Positions 1 to 9,446 of a DNA stretch of 64,000 bases are shown one piece after another. The notes under the pieces were generated by a model. The model had not been told where the DNA came from, searched no databases, and worked only from the letters and a program-made list of their open reading frames with translations. Source of the DNA: Actinomycetota bacterium (GTDB lineage Bacteria; Actinomycetota; Acidimicrobiia; Spongiisociales; ZC4RG35). How positions within the stretch are numbered: the stretch's first letter is position 1; each line of letters begins with the position of its first letter. The stretch is from positions 27,991 through 91,990 of the forward strand of contig JBKHKD010000005.1 of the NCBI GenBank assembly GCA_046537785.1. Reading direction: 5' to 3'. The position numbers and the translations under genes are program-made.

Positions 1-196
1 AAGCGATCTCGGCGTCGAGCGCGAATTGTCGACCGTAGGCGTCGATGACCTCCTGACCTAGCTCCGATGACTGCTCGGTTAGACGGTTTACCTCTTCGCG
101 GGCGCGGTCGATGTCATCGTCCGTGACCTGGGCTATTGCCGGGGCGGCGAAGACGGCTAGGAGTAGCCCGCTAAGGATTCTGGTGAGTTTCTTCAT
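1..196 (-). CDS. secreted protein, N-terminal part only (signal peptide MKKLTRILSGLLLAVFAAPAIAQ followed by a coiled-coil-like acidic region); gene continues past the left edge
   Basis: ATG at 196 on the minus strand, frame open to position 1, textbook signal peptide. Absent from the ORF track because there is no stop codon in the window. Overlaps the 3' end of the MBL gene by about 26 nt. Confidence 0.4.
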   Translation of the reverse strand, partial: MKKLTRILSGLLLAVFAAPAIAQVTDDDIDRAREEVNRLTEQSSELGQEVIDAYGRQFALDAEIA

Positions 197-965
197 CGGT
201 GGACGGCAGGGCGACCATGCGGTCGCCATCGAAGGCTATACGACCCTGGTCGGTGAGCAATTCCACGTGGGCCTGGACCGACCGGGCCGCCAGGGGATGG
301 AGCGACGAGTCGACGTCTGCATAGACCACATCCACTATGTCGGGAACCGATTCGGCACCTTGAGATATTGCCTTCAAGACCTGTTCGTGCCGCTGGAGTC
401 GATGTGCGATATACCAGTCGATGACTTCGTCCGGGTTGTCCATCTCGAACCCGTGCCCCGGATAGAGCCGTTCGAGACCCGTTCCCTGAAGCTTGCGGAG
501 AGATGCCAGATAGGCACCCATCTTCTCGACCATCACCGACGAGCCTCCCATGATGTGGTCGCCCGTGAACAAGACGTTGCCGGCCTGGAAACAGAGGTGG
601 TCGTCGGCATGGCCTGGCGTGTGGACCACCAAGAGGTCGAGAGATCCGACCTCAAAGGATGCGCCGTCGAGGAGCCTGATCGCCGGGTCGAAGTTGGGAC
701 CGGAGGCATGCCCCACTGCCGGAACGGAAAGATCCCGGGCGAGCGGATTGGCCAGCGGAGCGTGATCGCTATGGGTGTGAGTTACGAGCACCGCAACGAT
801 CTCACGATCGTCGACGGTGTCCATGATCGATCTGACGTGTCTCGTGTCGACAGGACCGGGATCGATGACCACCACCGAGCCCGATCCGTCGTCGAGGATC
901 CAAGTGTTGGTTCCCGCTCCCGTATAAGGGCCCGGGTTGTTGGCCAAAACGCGGTCAATTCTCAT
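171..965 (-). CDS. MBL-fold metallo-hydrolase
   Basis: HTHSDH metal-binding motif (LVTHTHSDHAPL) and downstream TPGHADDH motif typical of the metallo-beta-lactamase fold; 264 aa. Confidence 0.8.
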   Translation of the reverse strand: MRIDRVLANNPGPYTGAGTNTWILDDGSGSVVVIDPGPVDTRHVRSIMDTVDDREIVAVLVTHTHSDHAPLANPLARDLSVPAVGHASGPNFDPAIRLLDGASFEVGSLDLLVVHTPGHADDHLCFQAGNVLFTGDHIMGGSSVMVEKMGAYLASLRKLQGTGLERLYPGHGFEMDNPDEVIDWYIAHRLQRHEQVLKAISQGAESVPDIVDVVYADVDSSLHPLAARSVQAHVELLTDQGRIAFDGDRMVALPSTDEETHQNP

Positions 966-1693
966 GGCAACTCAGCCGGCATGTGGATGGGGAGCAACGA
1001 CCCGTCGTCGACCACACGAGGAACGATGAGGGTCCGCCCGTCCGCTCCCTGAGCCGACCGCAACACCTCTTCGACCGAAGACCAGCGCCGCAGCCACCGG
1101 AGATGGGCGATGGTCGGCCGCATCATCGACCAGGTGCCGCTCACGTGGCGCTCGAGGGCATCTCCGGGTGTCACCCACTCATGACCGATCAACTCGGACG
1201 TGTCGATCTCAACTTCGGGTGGATCGTCACAAATGGCCACATAGAACCTGGCATCAAAGCGACGGGGGGCGATTTCTGGAGTGACCCAGCGTGACACCAG
1301 GACGAGGCCGTCAACGTCGGGCTCATGGCCATGCTCATCGAGCCACTCGTAGTAGGCGTGGTCTCTGACCCCTGACACCGTCACGGTGCCCGACGCGGTG
1401 ATCAGGATGCCTGTCTCCTCAGCGAACTCGCGGAGGGCGGCGTTGCGATGAGGGAGGTCGTCGTCGGGGCTCAGGCCAGGTGGCACATCGACGTCTTCGA
1501 CTCTCCCCCCGGGAAAGACCGCCAGCCCGCCGAAGAAGCCCCGGGAGTTTCTCTGCACCATCAAGACCTCGAAACCCGTGGACAAGGGACGTAAGGCGAG
1601 GACTGTGGCCGCTGGATCGGGTTCTGGCACGAGCGCATGGTAAGGGACCGCCTCACGGACCATGTTGATCAACTGGTGCCCCTGGTCTGGCAA
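962..1693 (-). CDS. NUDIX hydrolase
   Basis: NUDIX box (GGRVEDVD...REFAEETGI). Start overlaps MBL by 4 nt (same-strand operon). The true start may be M11 near 1663, which would avoid overlap with the selA start. Confidence 0.75.
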   Translation of the reverse strand: MPDQGHQLINMVREAVPYHALVPEPDPAATVLALRPLSTGFEVLMVQRNSRGFFGGLAVFPGGRVEDVDVPPGLSPDDDLPHRNAALREFAEETGILITASGTVTVSGVRDHAYYEWLDEHGHEPDVDGLVLVSRWVTPEIAPRRFDARFYVAICDDPPEVEIDTSELIGHEWVTPGDALERHVSGTWSMMRPTIAHLRWLRRWSSVEEVLRSAQGADGRTLIVPRVVDDGSLLPIHMPAELP

Positions 1694-3029
1694 ACTCGAC
1701 AGGGTGAGCGAGAACCCCTACCGCAACCTGCCGTCGGTTGACGTCCTGGCCGACCGCATCGAGAGTCCGCTGCCACGGGCGATGGTCGTCGACATCTGCC
1801 GCCTGGCCCTCGAGCAGGCGCGGAGCGACATCGCCGGCGGGAATCGAGCCGACGCAGAAGCCGCGGCGCGATCGACCGTGCGTGCTATGGAACGGGAATC
1901 AGGCGTCCGTGTGGTCAACGCCACCGGGGTCCTCCTCCACACGAACCTGGGACGTTCGCCCTGGTCGTCGAAAGCGGCAGATCGAGCGGTCGCGGCAGCG
2001 ACGGGCTACGGCAACCTCGAGATCGACATCGACACCGGCGTGAGAAGCAGACGGGGCAGCTACGTGGAGCGACTGCTAACACGTCTCACCGGGGCCGAGG
2101 CTGCGTTCGTCGTGAACAACAATGCGGCGGGACTGTTGCTCGCCCTCGCCGCCACCTCCAAGGGACGAGCGGTGCCGGTCTCCCGCGGTGAGTTGATCGA
2201 GATCGGAGGCTCCTACCGCCTGCCGGACGTGATGGAAGCCAGTGGCGCCTGGTTGGTCGAGGTCGGGACCACCAACAGAACCCGCGTCGGCGACTACCGA
2301 ACCGCACTGCAGACACACACCTGCGGTGCCCTGCTCAAGGTCCATCCCTCCAACTACAGGATCGAGGGGTTCACCGAGACGGCGTCGGTGGCCGAACTGT
2401 CAGACCTCGCCAGGGAGAGACAGATCTCTCTCATCTACGACATCGGGTCCGGGCTGCTCGACGCCGACGCCCCCTGGATCCCGGTATGGCTGCGAGATGA
2501 ACCCGGCGCCAGACAGGCCCTGGACGATGGTGCCGACCTCGTCATGTTCAGCGGAGACAAGCTGCTGGCGGGACCTCAGGCGGGGATCCTCGCCGGATCT
2601 TCGGAGACCATCGAACTGGTGCGCTCCCATGCGCTCGCCCGTGCCCTCAGGGTGGACGCGGCCACGTATGCGGCGCTGGCCGCCACACTCGAGGAGTACC
2701 TCGACGGCCCGCCACTGGGCCTGCCCTTCTGGTCCTATGCATTGGCAGACGAAGAGACCCTGAGGGCCCGATGCGAGGCGCTGGCCGGACAGGTCGCTGG
2801 TGTTGTCGAGTCGGGGTCGTCCGCCGTGGGCGCCGGGAGTGCTCCCGGAATCGAGATTCCGTCGCCCCAGGTGAGACTGCCCTCCGGTCACGATCTCTTC
2901 GAGTGCCTGCTGGATCAGGATCCGCCCGTCCTGACCCGACGCGAAGCCGGAGACCTGGTCGTCGACCTCAGGGCCGTCGACCCGGGTGATGATGAGACAG
3001 TGTCCAGCGCGATCATGAAATGCCGCTGA
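1662..3029 (+). CDS. selA: L-seryl-tRNA(Sec) selenium transferase (selenocysteine synthase)
   Basis: PLP-lysine motif FSGDKLLAGPQAGILAG, VVNNNAAGLLLAL and HTNLG motifs typical of SelA; 455 aa. Start may lie slightly downstream. Confidence 0.85.
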   Translation: MLINWCPWSGKLDRVSENPYRNLPSVDVLADRIESPLPRAMVVDICRLALEQARSDIAGGNRADAEAAARSTVRAMERESGVRVVNATGVLLHTNLGRSPWSSKAADRAVAAATGYGNLEIDIDTGVRSRRGSYVERLLTRLTGAEAAFVVNNNAAGLLLALAATSKGRAVPVSRGELIEIGGSYRLPDVMEASGAWLVEVGTTNRTRVGDYRTALQTHTCGALLKVHPSNYRIEGFTETASVAELSDLARERQISLIYDIGSGLLDADAPWIPVWLRDEPGARQALDDGADLVMFSGDKLLAGPQAGILAGSSETIELVRSHALARALRVDAATYAALAATLEEYLDGPPLGLPFWSYALADEETLRARCEALAGQVAGVVESGSSAVGAGSAPGIEIPSPQVRLPSGHDLFECLLDQDPPVLTRREAGDLVVDLRAVDPGDDETVSSAIMKCR

Positions 3030-4777
3030 TCGGCACCGCCGGACACGTCGACCACGGGAAGTCGACACTCATCCAGCAGATCACCGGGCGGGATCCCGAC
3101 CGCTGGAAGGAGGAGAAGAAGCGAGGGTTGACGATCGATCTGGGTTTCGCCTGGACCACGCTCCCGGGGGGCGTCGAGGTCTCTTTCGTCGATGTACCGG
3201 GCCACGAGCGCTACCTGAAGAACATGCTTGCCGGCATCGAGGCCGTCGATGCGGCCCTGCTCGTGGTCGCAGCCGACGAAGGATGGATGCCCCAGTCCGA
3301 GGAACATCTGGCGGTCCTCGACCTGCTGGAAGTCCGTCGCGGGGTCGTCGCTCTCTCGAAGATCGACAGGGTCGAGCAGGAGCTGGTCGAACTGGCGCGC
3401 GCCGAGATTCTGGAGCATCTGGAAGGCTCCACGCTGGAAGGAGTCTCCGTGCATCCGGTGTCGGGGGTCACCGGTGAGGGCATCGACGCCTTGCTGGAGG
3501 ATCTCGCTGGCCAGGTCGGCGAGGAGGTCACCGGAGACGGACGTCCCAGAATGTGGATCGACCGCGTGTTCGCCGTCCCCGGAGCCGGCACCGTCGTCAC
3601 CGGGACCCTCCTTGGAGACTCGCTGGCAGTCGACGACACCGTTGAGATCCATCCGAAGGCGATTCGGGGTCGGATCAGAAGCATGCAGAGTCACGAAAAG
3701 TCACACGACCGGGTGGAGGCGGGACGGCGGGTGGCCCTCAACCTGGGTGGAGTCGACAGCCACGAAGTGGAGCGTGGCGACATGGTGGGTGTGCCCGGCC
3801 AATGGGAGACTTCCGGCCGGTTCTCGGCGACCGTCAGGCCGGCTCGTTTCGTCGAGGAGTTCGACAGGAAGGGCGCCTACCACCTTCACCTCGGCTCCGG
3901 CGCCCATCGCGTCGACATCCTCGGTATCGACGATGAATTCGCCGTCCTGCGAACCGATCACCAGCTTCCCCTGACGGTGGGCGATCGGTTCATTCTCCGG
4001 GACACGGGCCGCAAGATCGTGGTCGGGGGTGGTCGCGTTCTGGATCCGGCGCCACCAGGACGCACCGGTCGGGCGTTGGCCGCCGCCCGTGATGTCGATC
4101 TCGGGGCGGGCGGGGATGACATTGCGGATTGGCTACTGGAGATTCGGGGGATCGAGACTGTCGATCGGCTTCGAGCGCACAGCGCCGGAGGCTCGCCCTC
4201 GAATGCCATAGCCGTAGGCGATCGGGTGGTCTCGCCAGCCCTGGTCGAGGAACTCTCCCAGCGCGCAGGCGAGCTGGTCGACAAGGTGCACGACCAGCAT
4301 CCGCTCCGCGCCGGGTTACCCATAGCCACCCTCGCCGAGCGGCTCGACATCGACCGGGAGATAGCGGAGCTGGTCATCGAGAGGTCGGATGAACTCGAAC
4401 GTCGTGGTCCCGATGCCGCCCGGCCCCGTCACCGGGCAGGGCTCGACGAGGAGCAGGACCGCAATTGGCAGAAGGCGAGGGAGCGTCTTGCGGAGAGCCT
4501 GGCCGTGCCGGGTCAGGACGAGCTCGGTCTCGACGAAGAAGTCATCCATCTCAAGCTGCGCGAGGGTGAGCTGGTCCGGATCAGCCCCGACCTGGTCTAT
4601 CTCCCCGAACAGATCGATCAGATCAAGACGCTTCTGTCCCAACTGGGCGGGGACTTCACCGTCGCCGATTTCAGGGACGCGGCAGGGCTTTCGAGGAAGT
4701 ACGCGGTCCCGATCCTCGAATGGAGCGATAAAGAAGGGCTCACCCTCCGCCGCGGAAACGTCCGCCGCCTCAGGTGA
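3020..4777 (+). CDS. selB: selenocysteine-specific translation elongation factor SelB
   Basis: GTPase G1 motif AGHVDHGKSTL, DVPGHERY and SKIDR motifs, long C-terminal extension expected to hold winged-helix SECIS-binding domains (585 aa). Overlaps the selA stop by 10 nt, suggesting translational coupling. Confidence 0.9.
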   Translation: MPLIGTAGHVDHGKSTLIQQITGRDPDRWKEEKKRGLTIDLGFAWTTLPGGVEVSFVDVPGHERYLKNMLAGIEAVDAALLVVAADEGWMPQSEEHLAVLDLLEVRRGVVALSKIDRVEQELVELARAEILEHLEGSTLEGVSVHPVSGVTGEGIDALLEDLAGQVGEEVTGDGRPRMWIDRVFAVPGAGTVVTGTLLGDSLAVDDTVEIHPKAIRGRIRSMQSHEKSHDRVEAGRRVALNLGGVDSHEVERGDMVGVPGQWETSGRFSATVRPARFVEEFDRKGAYHLHLGSGAHRVDILGIDDEFAVLRTDHQLPLTVGDRFILRDTGRKIVVGGGRVLDPAPPGRTGRALAAARDVDLGAGGDDIADWLLEIRGIETVDRLRAHSAGGSPSNAIAVGDRVVSPALVEELSQRAGELVDKVHDQHPLRAGLPIATLAERLDIDREIAELVIERSDELERRGPDAARPRHRAGLDEEQDRNWQKARERLAESLAVPGQDELGLDEEVIHLKLREGELVRISPDLVYLPEQIDQIKTLLSQLGGDFTVADFRDAAGLSRKYAVPILEWSDKEGLTLRRGNVRRLR

Positions 4778-4804
4778 GCCCCGTGTCGCTTGGCAAGGGA
4801 ACCG

Positions 4805-5059
4805 CTAGCCAGCTACGGAGATACTCCTTCGCTCGACCTCGGTGAGCCCGCCCCAAATCCCGAAAGGCTCCCGAATGTCTATGGCGTGGTTAGAGCACGG
4901 CTCTTGAACCGGGCACACGCCGCAAATGGCTTTTGCCTTCATTTCACGTCGCTCCCGTTCTTCCTTCCTTTCGAAGGTCGACGGGGGAAAGAACAAATAG
5001 GCATGGTTCCCACGACAAAGCGCTTGTAGCTGCCAATCGTCTGAGTGGGACAACCTCAT
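4805..5059 (-). CDS. WhiB-family transcriptional regulator (Fe-S, Wbl)
   Basis: 84 aa. Four-Cys pattern C..C-x22-C-x2-C-x5-C and the GIWGGLTE turn motif characteristic of actinobacterial WhiB-like proteins. Confidence 0.85.
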   Translation of the reverse strand: MRLSHSDDWQLQALCRGNHAYLFFPPSTFERKEERERREMKAKAICGVCPVQEPCSNHAIDIREPFGIWGGLTEVERRSISVAG

Positions 5060-5142
5060 TCCTCCCGCTTGCTTGCGACAACCCGGCCGAAGCTAACGAA
5101 CGAACGCCGAGGGTTCAAGAAAGAATCCGGAAGATGTTCCGC

Positions 5143-6354
5143 TCAACTTTCGCGGTCTGTCCCCAATGGCTCCACCTCGAGGTAGAGACCATCGACCCCT
5201 GTGACCTCGATCGGATCGCCTTCCTCTATGCCCGCTTCCCGGTGCGCGGTGCCCCTCCATCGCGCTCCTCTGACCTCGACGAAACCGTCGGGATCGAAGG
5301 CCACGAGGGCTACCCCGCTCTCCCCGATCAGCGTGCTACGGCCGATTGTCTGCGTGGAGAGACGGGCCCTCTGCACGGTGGGCATCGCCAGCAGAAAGAA
5401 GAACAGAACTCCGAGCACGGAGGGAAGCACCAGCCACCACCGCGGGTCGATCTGGCCGCCGCCGTCGATCAGGAACATCCCCGCCACCTGGAGGGCGGCG
5501 GCACCGGCGATATTCATGAAGAAGATCCCCCCCTTCTGATGAGCGGCTACCAGGGCGACAAAGCCGACCGCGAGCACGGCGACTGCCCACCAGTTCGTGG
5601 GCAGCGTCGCCAGACCCCATCCGCCAAGTAGCAGCGAAATGGCCGCCACGCCGGCGGCGATGCCCGGCCCGAGGGCATAGAACTCGAAGACAGCCACGCT
5701 CAATCCGATAACCAGGAAGAAGAAGGCCGCCTCGGGCATGACCGCCAGGCGGAAAAAGCGGGTGAGAAGGTCGGGGTTGCGGAACGTCGGCGTTTCGGCG
5801 GTGACCCCGTCGCCGAACTCCCGAAGCGTGGATACCTCAACTGGCCCCTCCGTGGTACGGAAGGTCGCCCCATCAAGCTCCTGGAGATATTGGCGTATCG
5901 TCGGTTGCAGCTTCAGACCGGTCTCGTCGGCCGGGATTACCTCAACCGAGCGGTCTTGGTCCTCGCCCAGGATGGCAGGCTCGAGGTGTCCGAGCTCCGA
6001 GTCGGGAGGTGCGATCGCGCCGTGGCTGGCGAGCTCGGGAAGCTCGGCCGCCGCCCCGTAGGCGTACGCCGGTGACGGTCCCACCCAGACGGCCACCGGT
6101 AGAGGCGGTGTCTCGACGAGATCTGCCAACCTGTCGAACCCCTCGCCATCCAGGACCGCTCTCGAGTTGAGTTGGACGACGGCGAGCTCCTGGCCGATCT
6201 TCGCGGCCTCCTCGATGGAGTCGGAGATGAAGTCCAGGGCAGAGGCGTCCAACGGCCCGCTGACGTCGATCAAATCGATCCCTCCACCCGTACTCTCGGC
6301 GCACGCGCTCAAGGCAAACAAGCCCACCAGCGCAATGAGTAGAAGACGACGCAC
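5143..6354 (-). CDS. NfeD-family membrane protein (ClpP-class serine protease-like N-domain, TM segments, C-terminal NfeD beta-barrel); lipoprotein-type signal peptide
   Basis: Lipobox LFALSAC. Central block of hydrophobic helices. C-terminal segment GESGVALVAFDPDGFVEVRGARWRGT...GDPIEVTGVDGLYLEV resembles the NfeD OB-fold. Confidence 0.6.
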   Translation of the reverse strand: MRRLLLIALVGLFALSACAESTGGGIDLIDVSGPLDASALDFISDSIEEAAKIGQELAVVQLNSRAVLDGEGFDRLADLVETPPLPVAVWVGPSPAYAYGAAAELPELASHGAIAPPDSELGHLEPAILGEDQDRSVEVIPADETGLKLQPTIRQYLQELDGATFRTTEGPVEVSTLREFGDGVTAETPTFRNPDLLTRFFRLAVMPEAAFFFLVIGLSVAVFEFYALGPGIAAGVAAISLLLGGWGLATLPTNWWAVAVLAVGFVALVAAHQKGGIFFMNIAGAAALQVAGMFLIDGGGQIDPRWWLVLPSVLGVLFFFLLAMPTVQRARLSTQTIGRSTLIGESGVALVAFDPDGFVEVRGARWRGTAHREAGIEEGDPIEVTGVDGLYLEVEPLGTDRES

Positions 6355-6470
6355 GAGGCGGTCAGGTTAGAACTCCCCCGGTTCTACCGTTCTGCGAAGG
6401 TCCTACACGCGTCACGCGTACTCAACCCTCACAAAGCGGGTTTCGGGGCCTGCCGCTAACGTCGCGGGCC

Positions 6471-6878
6471 ATGCCAACCGCACTGGTCGTGTCTGATGGG
6501 TCGTGGGTGACCAACGAGGTCCGCTCTGCGTTGTCGATCGGGTCGTGGCAGATCGAAGAGATCAACGACCCGCGCAACGTGGTCGCCCGTCTCGAGGAGT
6601 CGAGGGTGGACGCCGTGATCGTCGACATGCAGGTCGGGTCGGCCGGGGGGATGGCCGTCGTCCGATGGATTCGACAGGGAACCGACCCGCTCACCCGCCC
6701 GAGAATTGTCTTGCTGCTCGACCGTTCAGCCGACGAGTTCCTGGCGAAGCGGGCCGGTGCCGACGCCTCGGTCCTGAAGCCGTTCGACGCTCCGGAGCTG
6801 CGAGCGGCGCTGGCGCTCGATACGGAAGAAGTCGCCACCAAAGAGCCCGTGTCAGTGGGTTCCGACGAGGAAGAGTGA
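6471..6878 (+). CDS. stand-alone response-regulator receiver domain protein
   Basis: 135 aa CheY-like fold. Acidic pocket (VVSDG...VIVDMQ) and conserved Lys (VLKPF). No output domain. Confidence 0.55.
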   Translation: MPTALVVSDGSWVTNEVRSALSIGSWQIEEINDPRNVVARLEESRVDAVIVDMQVGSAGGMAVVRWIRQGTDPLTRPRIVLLLDRSADEFLAKRAGADASVLKPFDAPELRAALALDTEEVATKEPVSVGSDEEE

Positions 6879-6880
6879 CC

Positions 6881-7627
6881 TCAGCCGTCGGGTGACGGCT
6901 GAAGACTGAACCCGAAGGGCAGTTCCATCCGGTTCTCCTCGAGGAGGGCGGCGTCGCCGAGCAGGTCCCGGGTCTTGCCGTCGGCGACCACCTTCCCGTC
7001 CCTCATGATCACCGCCCTGGGACACAGTTCCAGGGCCAACGGGAGATCGTGAGTGATGATGATCTGTGTCATCTCCAGGGGCTCCAATGCGGCCACCAGC
7101 TCACGCCGGCCGGCTCCGTCGAGGTCGGAAGATGGCTCGTCGAACACGAGGACATCAGGCTCCATGGCGAGCACAGTGGCAAGGGCCGCCCTCCGACGCT
7201 CCCCACCGCTGAGGTGGTGCGAGGGGCGCTTGGCCAGGTCGGCGCCGCCTACTGCGGCCAGCGCCCGGCTCACTCGCTTCTCGAGCTCGACGCCGGAGAT
7301 GCCCAGGTTGGCCGGCCCGAAGGCAACGTCCTCTCCCACGTTCGGCATGAAGAGCTGGTCGTTGGAGTCCTGGAAGACCAGCCCGACACGTCGTCTTATC
7401 TCGGTCAGATTCCGTTCAGTCAGTGCCAGGCCGCCGATGGTGACCGAACCTGCGCGCGGGTCGTGGATCCCGTTCAGATGGAGGGCGAGCGTGGTCTTGC
7501 CGGCTCCGTTGGGGCCGAGGATGGCCACTCTCTCACCTGCCTCGACGCGGAGGTCGATGCCGTCGAGGGCCACCCTCCCATCCGGGTAGGCGAACTCGAG
7601 ATTCTCCACGACGACGTCGGCAGTCAT
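6881..7627 (-). CDS. cbiO: ECF/Co-Ni transporter ATP-binding protein (CbiO/EcfA-like)
   Basis: Walker A GPNGAGKTT, signature LSGGERRR, Walker B LVFDEP. The true start is the internal ATG at 7627 (MTADVVVENLEF). The upstream part of the 468 aa track ORF is an alternative frame of cbiQ. The cbiQ stop overlaps this start (ATGA). Confidence 0.85.
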   Translation of the reverse strand: MTADVVVENLEFAYPDGRVALDGIDLRVEAGERVAILGPNGAGKTTLALHLNGIHDPRAGSVTIGGLALTERNLTEIRRRVGLVFQDSNDQLFMPNVGEDVAFGPANLGISGVELEKRVSRALAAVGGADLAKRPSHHLSGGERRRAALATVLAMEPDVLVFDEPSSDLDGAGRRELVAALEPLEMTQIIITHDLPLALELCPRAVIMRDGKVVADGKTRDLLGDAALLEENRMELPFGFSLQPSPDG

Positions 7628-8388
7628 GCGATCACGATGGCAGAGACCGAGACAGCCGCGGTCGCAGCGACGACGCTCAGGGCCACGAGCCAATCGCGTG
7701 GCTCGGCGCGACGATGGCCAAGTTCGGGCATCTCGCCGGTGAAGCCCCGGGAGAGCATGGCTGCATGAACCCTCTCCCCGCGCTCGTAAGAGCGGACGAA
7801 CAGGGCGCCGGCCGAACTGGCGATGGGGCGGGCTTGCGAGAGCCACCGCGGGTCGTAACCACGCGATGCCATCGCCACCCGGACCCGACGCAACTCCTCG
7901 CTGATCAGCTCTAGGTATCGGACCATGAACATCGCAATGGCTGTGAACAATGCCGGCACGCGGAGCACTCCCATGCCCCGGAGTATGTCCGGGATCTCGG
8001 TGGTGGCTGTCAGTACGATGCTCACGCTCGCGCCGAGAACCGCCTTGGCAAAGATGTTCCACGTCCCCCAGAGGCCGTCGACGGAGACGGTCAGGCCCCA
8101 GATCGTCGTGGTTTCGCCGGTGGCGATGAACGGGATGAACAGGGCGAAGACCACGAACGGGACGACCGCGAGCAGCCTGACAGCGACGAAGGCGAACCTG
8201 ATGCGGGAAGCGACGATCAGCCCGGCGACGAGAACCGCGTAGAGCCCGAAAGCCCACACGGCCTGTCGTGGCGTGATCGCCACGCACACCACGACCCCGA
8301 GAGCGGTGACGATCTTCGCCTCAGGAGCCAGCCTGTGGACGACGCTGTGCTCGTGGACGTAGAGGGCGTGGCTGTGACCGGCGCCCAA
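7624..8388 (-). CDS. cbiQ: ECF transporter transmembrane component (CbiQ/EcfT)
   Basis: 254 aa polytopic membrane protein with CbiQ-like helices and a conserved C-terminal region (AMASRGY). Confidence 0.8.
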   Translation of the reverse strand: MGAGHSHALYVHEHSVVHRLAPEAKIVTALGVVVCVAITPRQAVWAFGLYAVLVAGLIVASRIRFAFVAVRLLAVVPFVVFALFIPFIATGETTTIWGLTVSVDGLWGTWNIFAKAVLGASVSIVLTATTEIPDILRGMGVLRVPALFTAIAMFMVRYLELISEELRRVRVAMASRGYDPRWLSQARPIASSAGALFVRSYERGERVHAAMLSRGFTGEMPELGHRRAEPRDWLVALSVVAATAAVSVSAIVIA

Positions 8389-8392
8389 TTGA

Positions 8393-9376
8393 TCAAACCG
8401 GAGCCGGGTCGCGACCGCGGCGTTCCCTCATGGCGAGGAAGATGCCTGCGGCCACGGCCAGAGTCACAATCGTCCCGATGATCCCGGCCACAGCCAAGCT
8501 GAGGGTCTCGTTGGAGATCCCGGCCGTGGCGTAGTCGGCGAAGATGAAGTCACCCAGGGCATGGCCGTCCGCCGACTCGATGAACCCGGTGTCCTCGGCG
8601 ACGCGCTCCAGGCCATCCGGGTTGTCGACCGCGAACTGGCTGACGACGGCGGCGAACACCAGAGCCACCAGAAGTCCGCCAAAGACGAACGTCCGTGTCT
8701 TGACCTTGGTATCGGCGAGTTGGGCGGCATCGAGGTCTGAGGCTCCGTAGACCAGATCCGGTCGGGAGGTGAGCACCGACCCGACGGCCAGGGCGCTGAT
8801 GACCGCCTCACCGATCCCGATCAGAGCATGGACGCCGACCATGGCCACGAAGACGTCGTCGAACGGGACCGGAGCGCTGGCGCCGAACAGCCACTCGATG
8901 GAGAAGGCGAGCGCGGACAGCACGACTGAGGACCACGCGGCCACCCCGGTGGCCCCGATGGCTCCGCCGCTGGTCTTCGGCAACCAGCTCCGCATCAGCC
9001 TGAAGATGGCGTATCCGCCGTACGTGGGGACGATCGCCATGTTGATCACGTTGTAGCCCAAGGCGGTGAGGCCCCCGTCGGCGAAGGCGAGCGCCTGGAC
9101 CACGACGACGATCGTCACGACGACCACACCCACGGACGGCCCGAGGAGGACCGCGGCCAGCGCCCCGCCGATGAGGTGGCCGGTGGTCCCGGCGGCGACG
9201 GGGAAGTTGAACATCTGGGCGGCGAAAATGAAGGCCGCGGTGATGCCTGCCAGTGGGATCGCCTTGTCCTTCAGCTGCTCTTTCGACTGCCGCAAGGCGA
9301 AACCGACCACGACGACGGCGATGATTGCGGTGACAATGGCGGTTCCGGGGTTGAGGAACCCATCCGGGGCATGCAT
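8393..9376 (-). CDS. cbiM: Ni/Co ECF substrate-capture component, CbiM fused to a CbiN-like PDGLE domain
   Basis: The N-terminus MHAPDGFLN is the canonical CbiM/NikM start; ATG at 9376. C-terminal segment with PDGLERVAEDTGF (PDGLE domain). The track ORF extends upstream to 9481 in-frame, but that extension is unlikely to be translated. Confidence 0.8.
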   Translation of the reverse strand: MHAPDGFLNPGTAIVTAIIAVVVVGFALRQSKEQLKDKAIPLAGITAAFIFAAQMFNFPVAAGTTGHLIGGALAAVLLGPSVGVVVVTIVVVVQALAFADGGLTALGYNVINMAIVPTYGGYAIFRLMRSWLPKTSGGAIGATGVAAWSSVVLSALAFSIEWLFGASAPVPFDDVFVAMVGVHALIGIGEAVISALAVGSVLTSRPDLVYGASDLDAAQLADTKVKTRTFVFGGLLVALVFAAVVSQFAVDNPDGLERVAEDTGFIESADGHALGDFIFADYATAGISNETLSLAVAGIIGTIVTLAVAAGIFLAMRERRGRDPAPV

Positions 9377-9408
9377 AGCTAAGACCATGCGGACAAGCGT
9401 AGCTCTAA

Positions 9409-9425
9409 TTGCGAACGGTTCGCAA
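9409..9425. promoter_or_regulatory. perfect 8-1-8 palindrome TTGCGAAC-G-GTTCGCAA in the divergent cbiM / fur-family intergenic region; candidate Fur-family (Nur-like) operator
   Basis: Seen directly in the sequence, 33 nt upstream of the cbiM ATG and about 22-46 nt upstream of the regulator start. The half-sites resemble TTGCAA-type Nur boxes. Confidence 0.5.
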
Positions 9426-9446
9426 GAAGTAGGCGATGGCATCTGC

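Noticed and set aside
111-1052. 313 aa plus-strand ORF covering the MBL hydrolase locus
   Set aside because: It lies antisense to a well-supported MBL-fold gene with an HxHxDH motif. It has Arg/Val-rich composition typical of alternative-frame ORFs in high-GC DNA.
4778-5140. Searched for tRNA-Sec (selC) downstream of selB and around selA
   Set aside because: No cloverleaf with a UCA anticodon and the long variable/acceptor arms of tRNA-Sec could be folded here. The region is occupied by the WhiB gene.
6881-8287. 468 aa ORF in the track
   Set aside because: It is a chimera. The C-terminal 247 aa are the CbiO ATPase (true start ATG 7627). The N-terminal 220 aa are an Arg/His-rich alternative frame of cbiQ.
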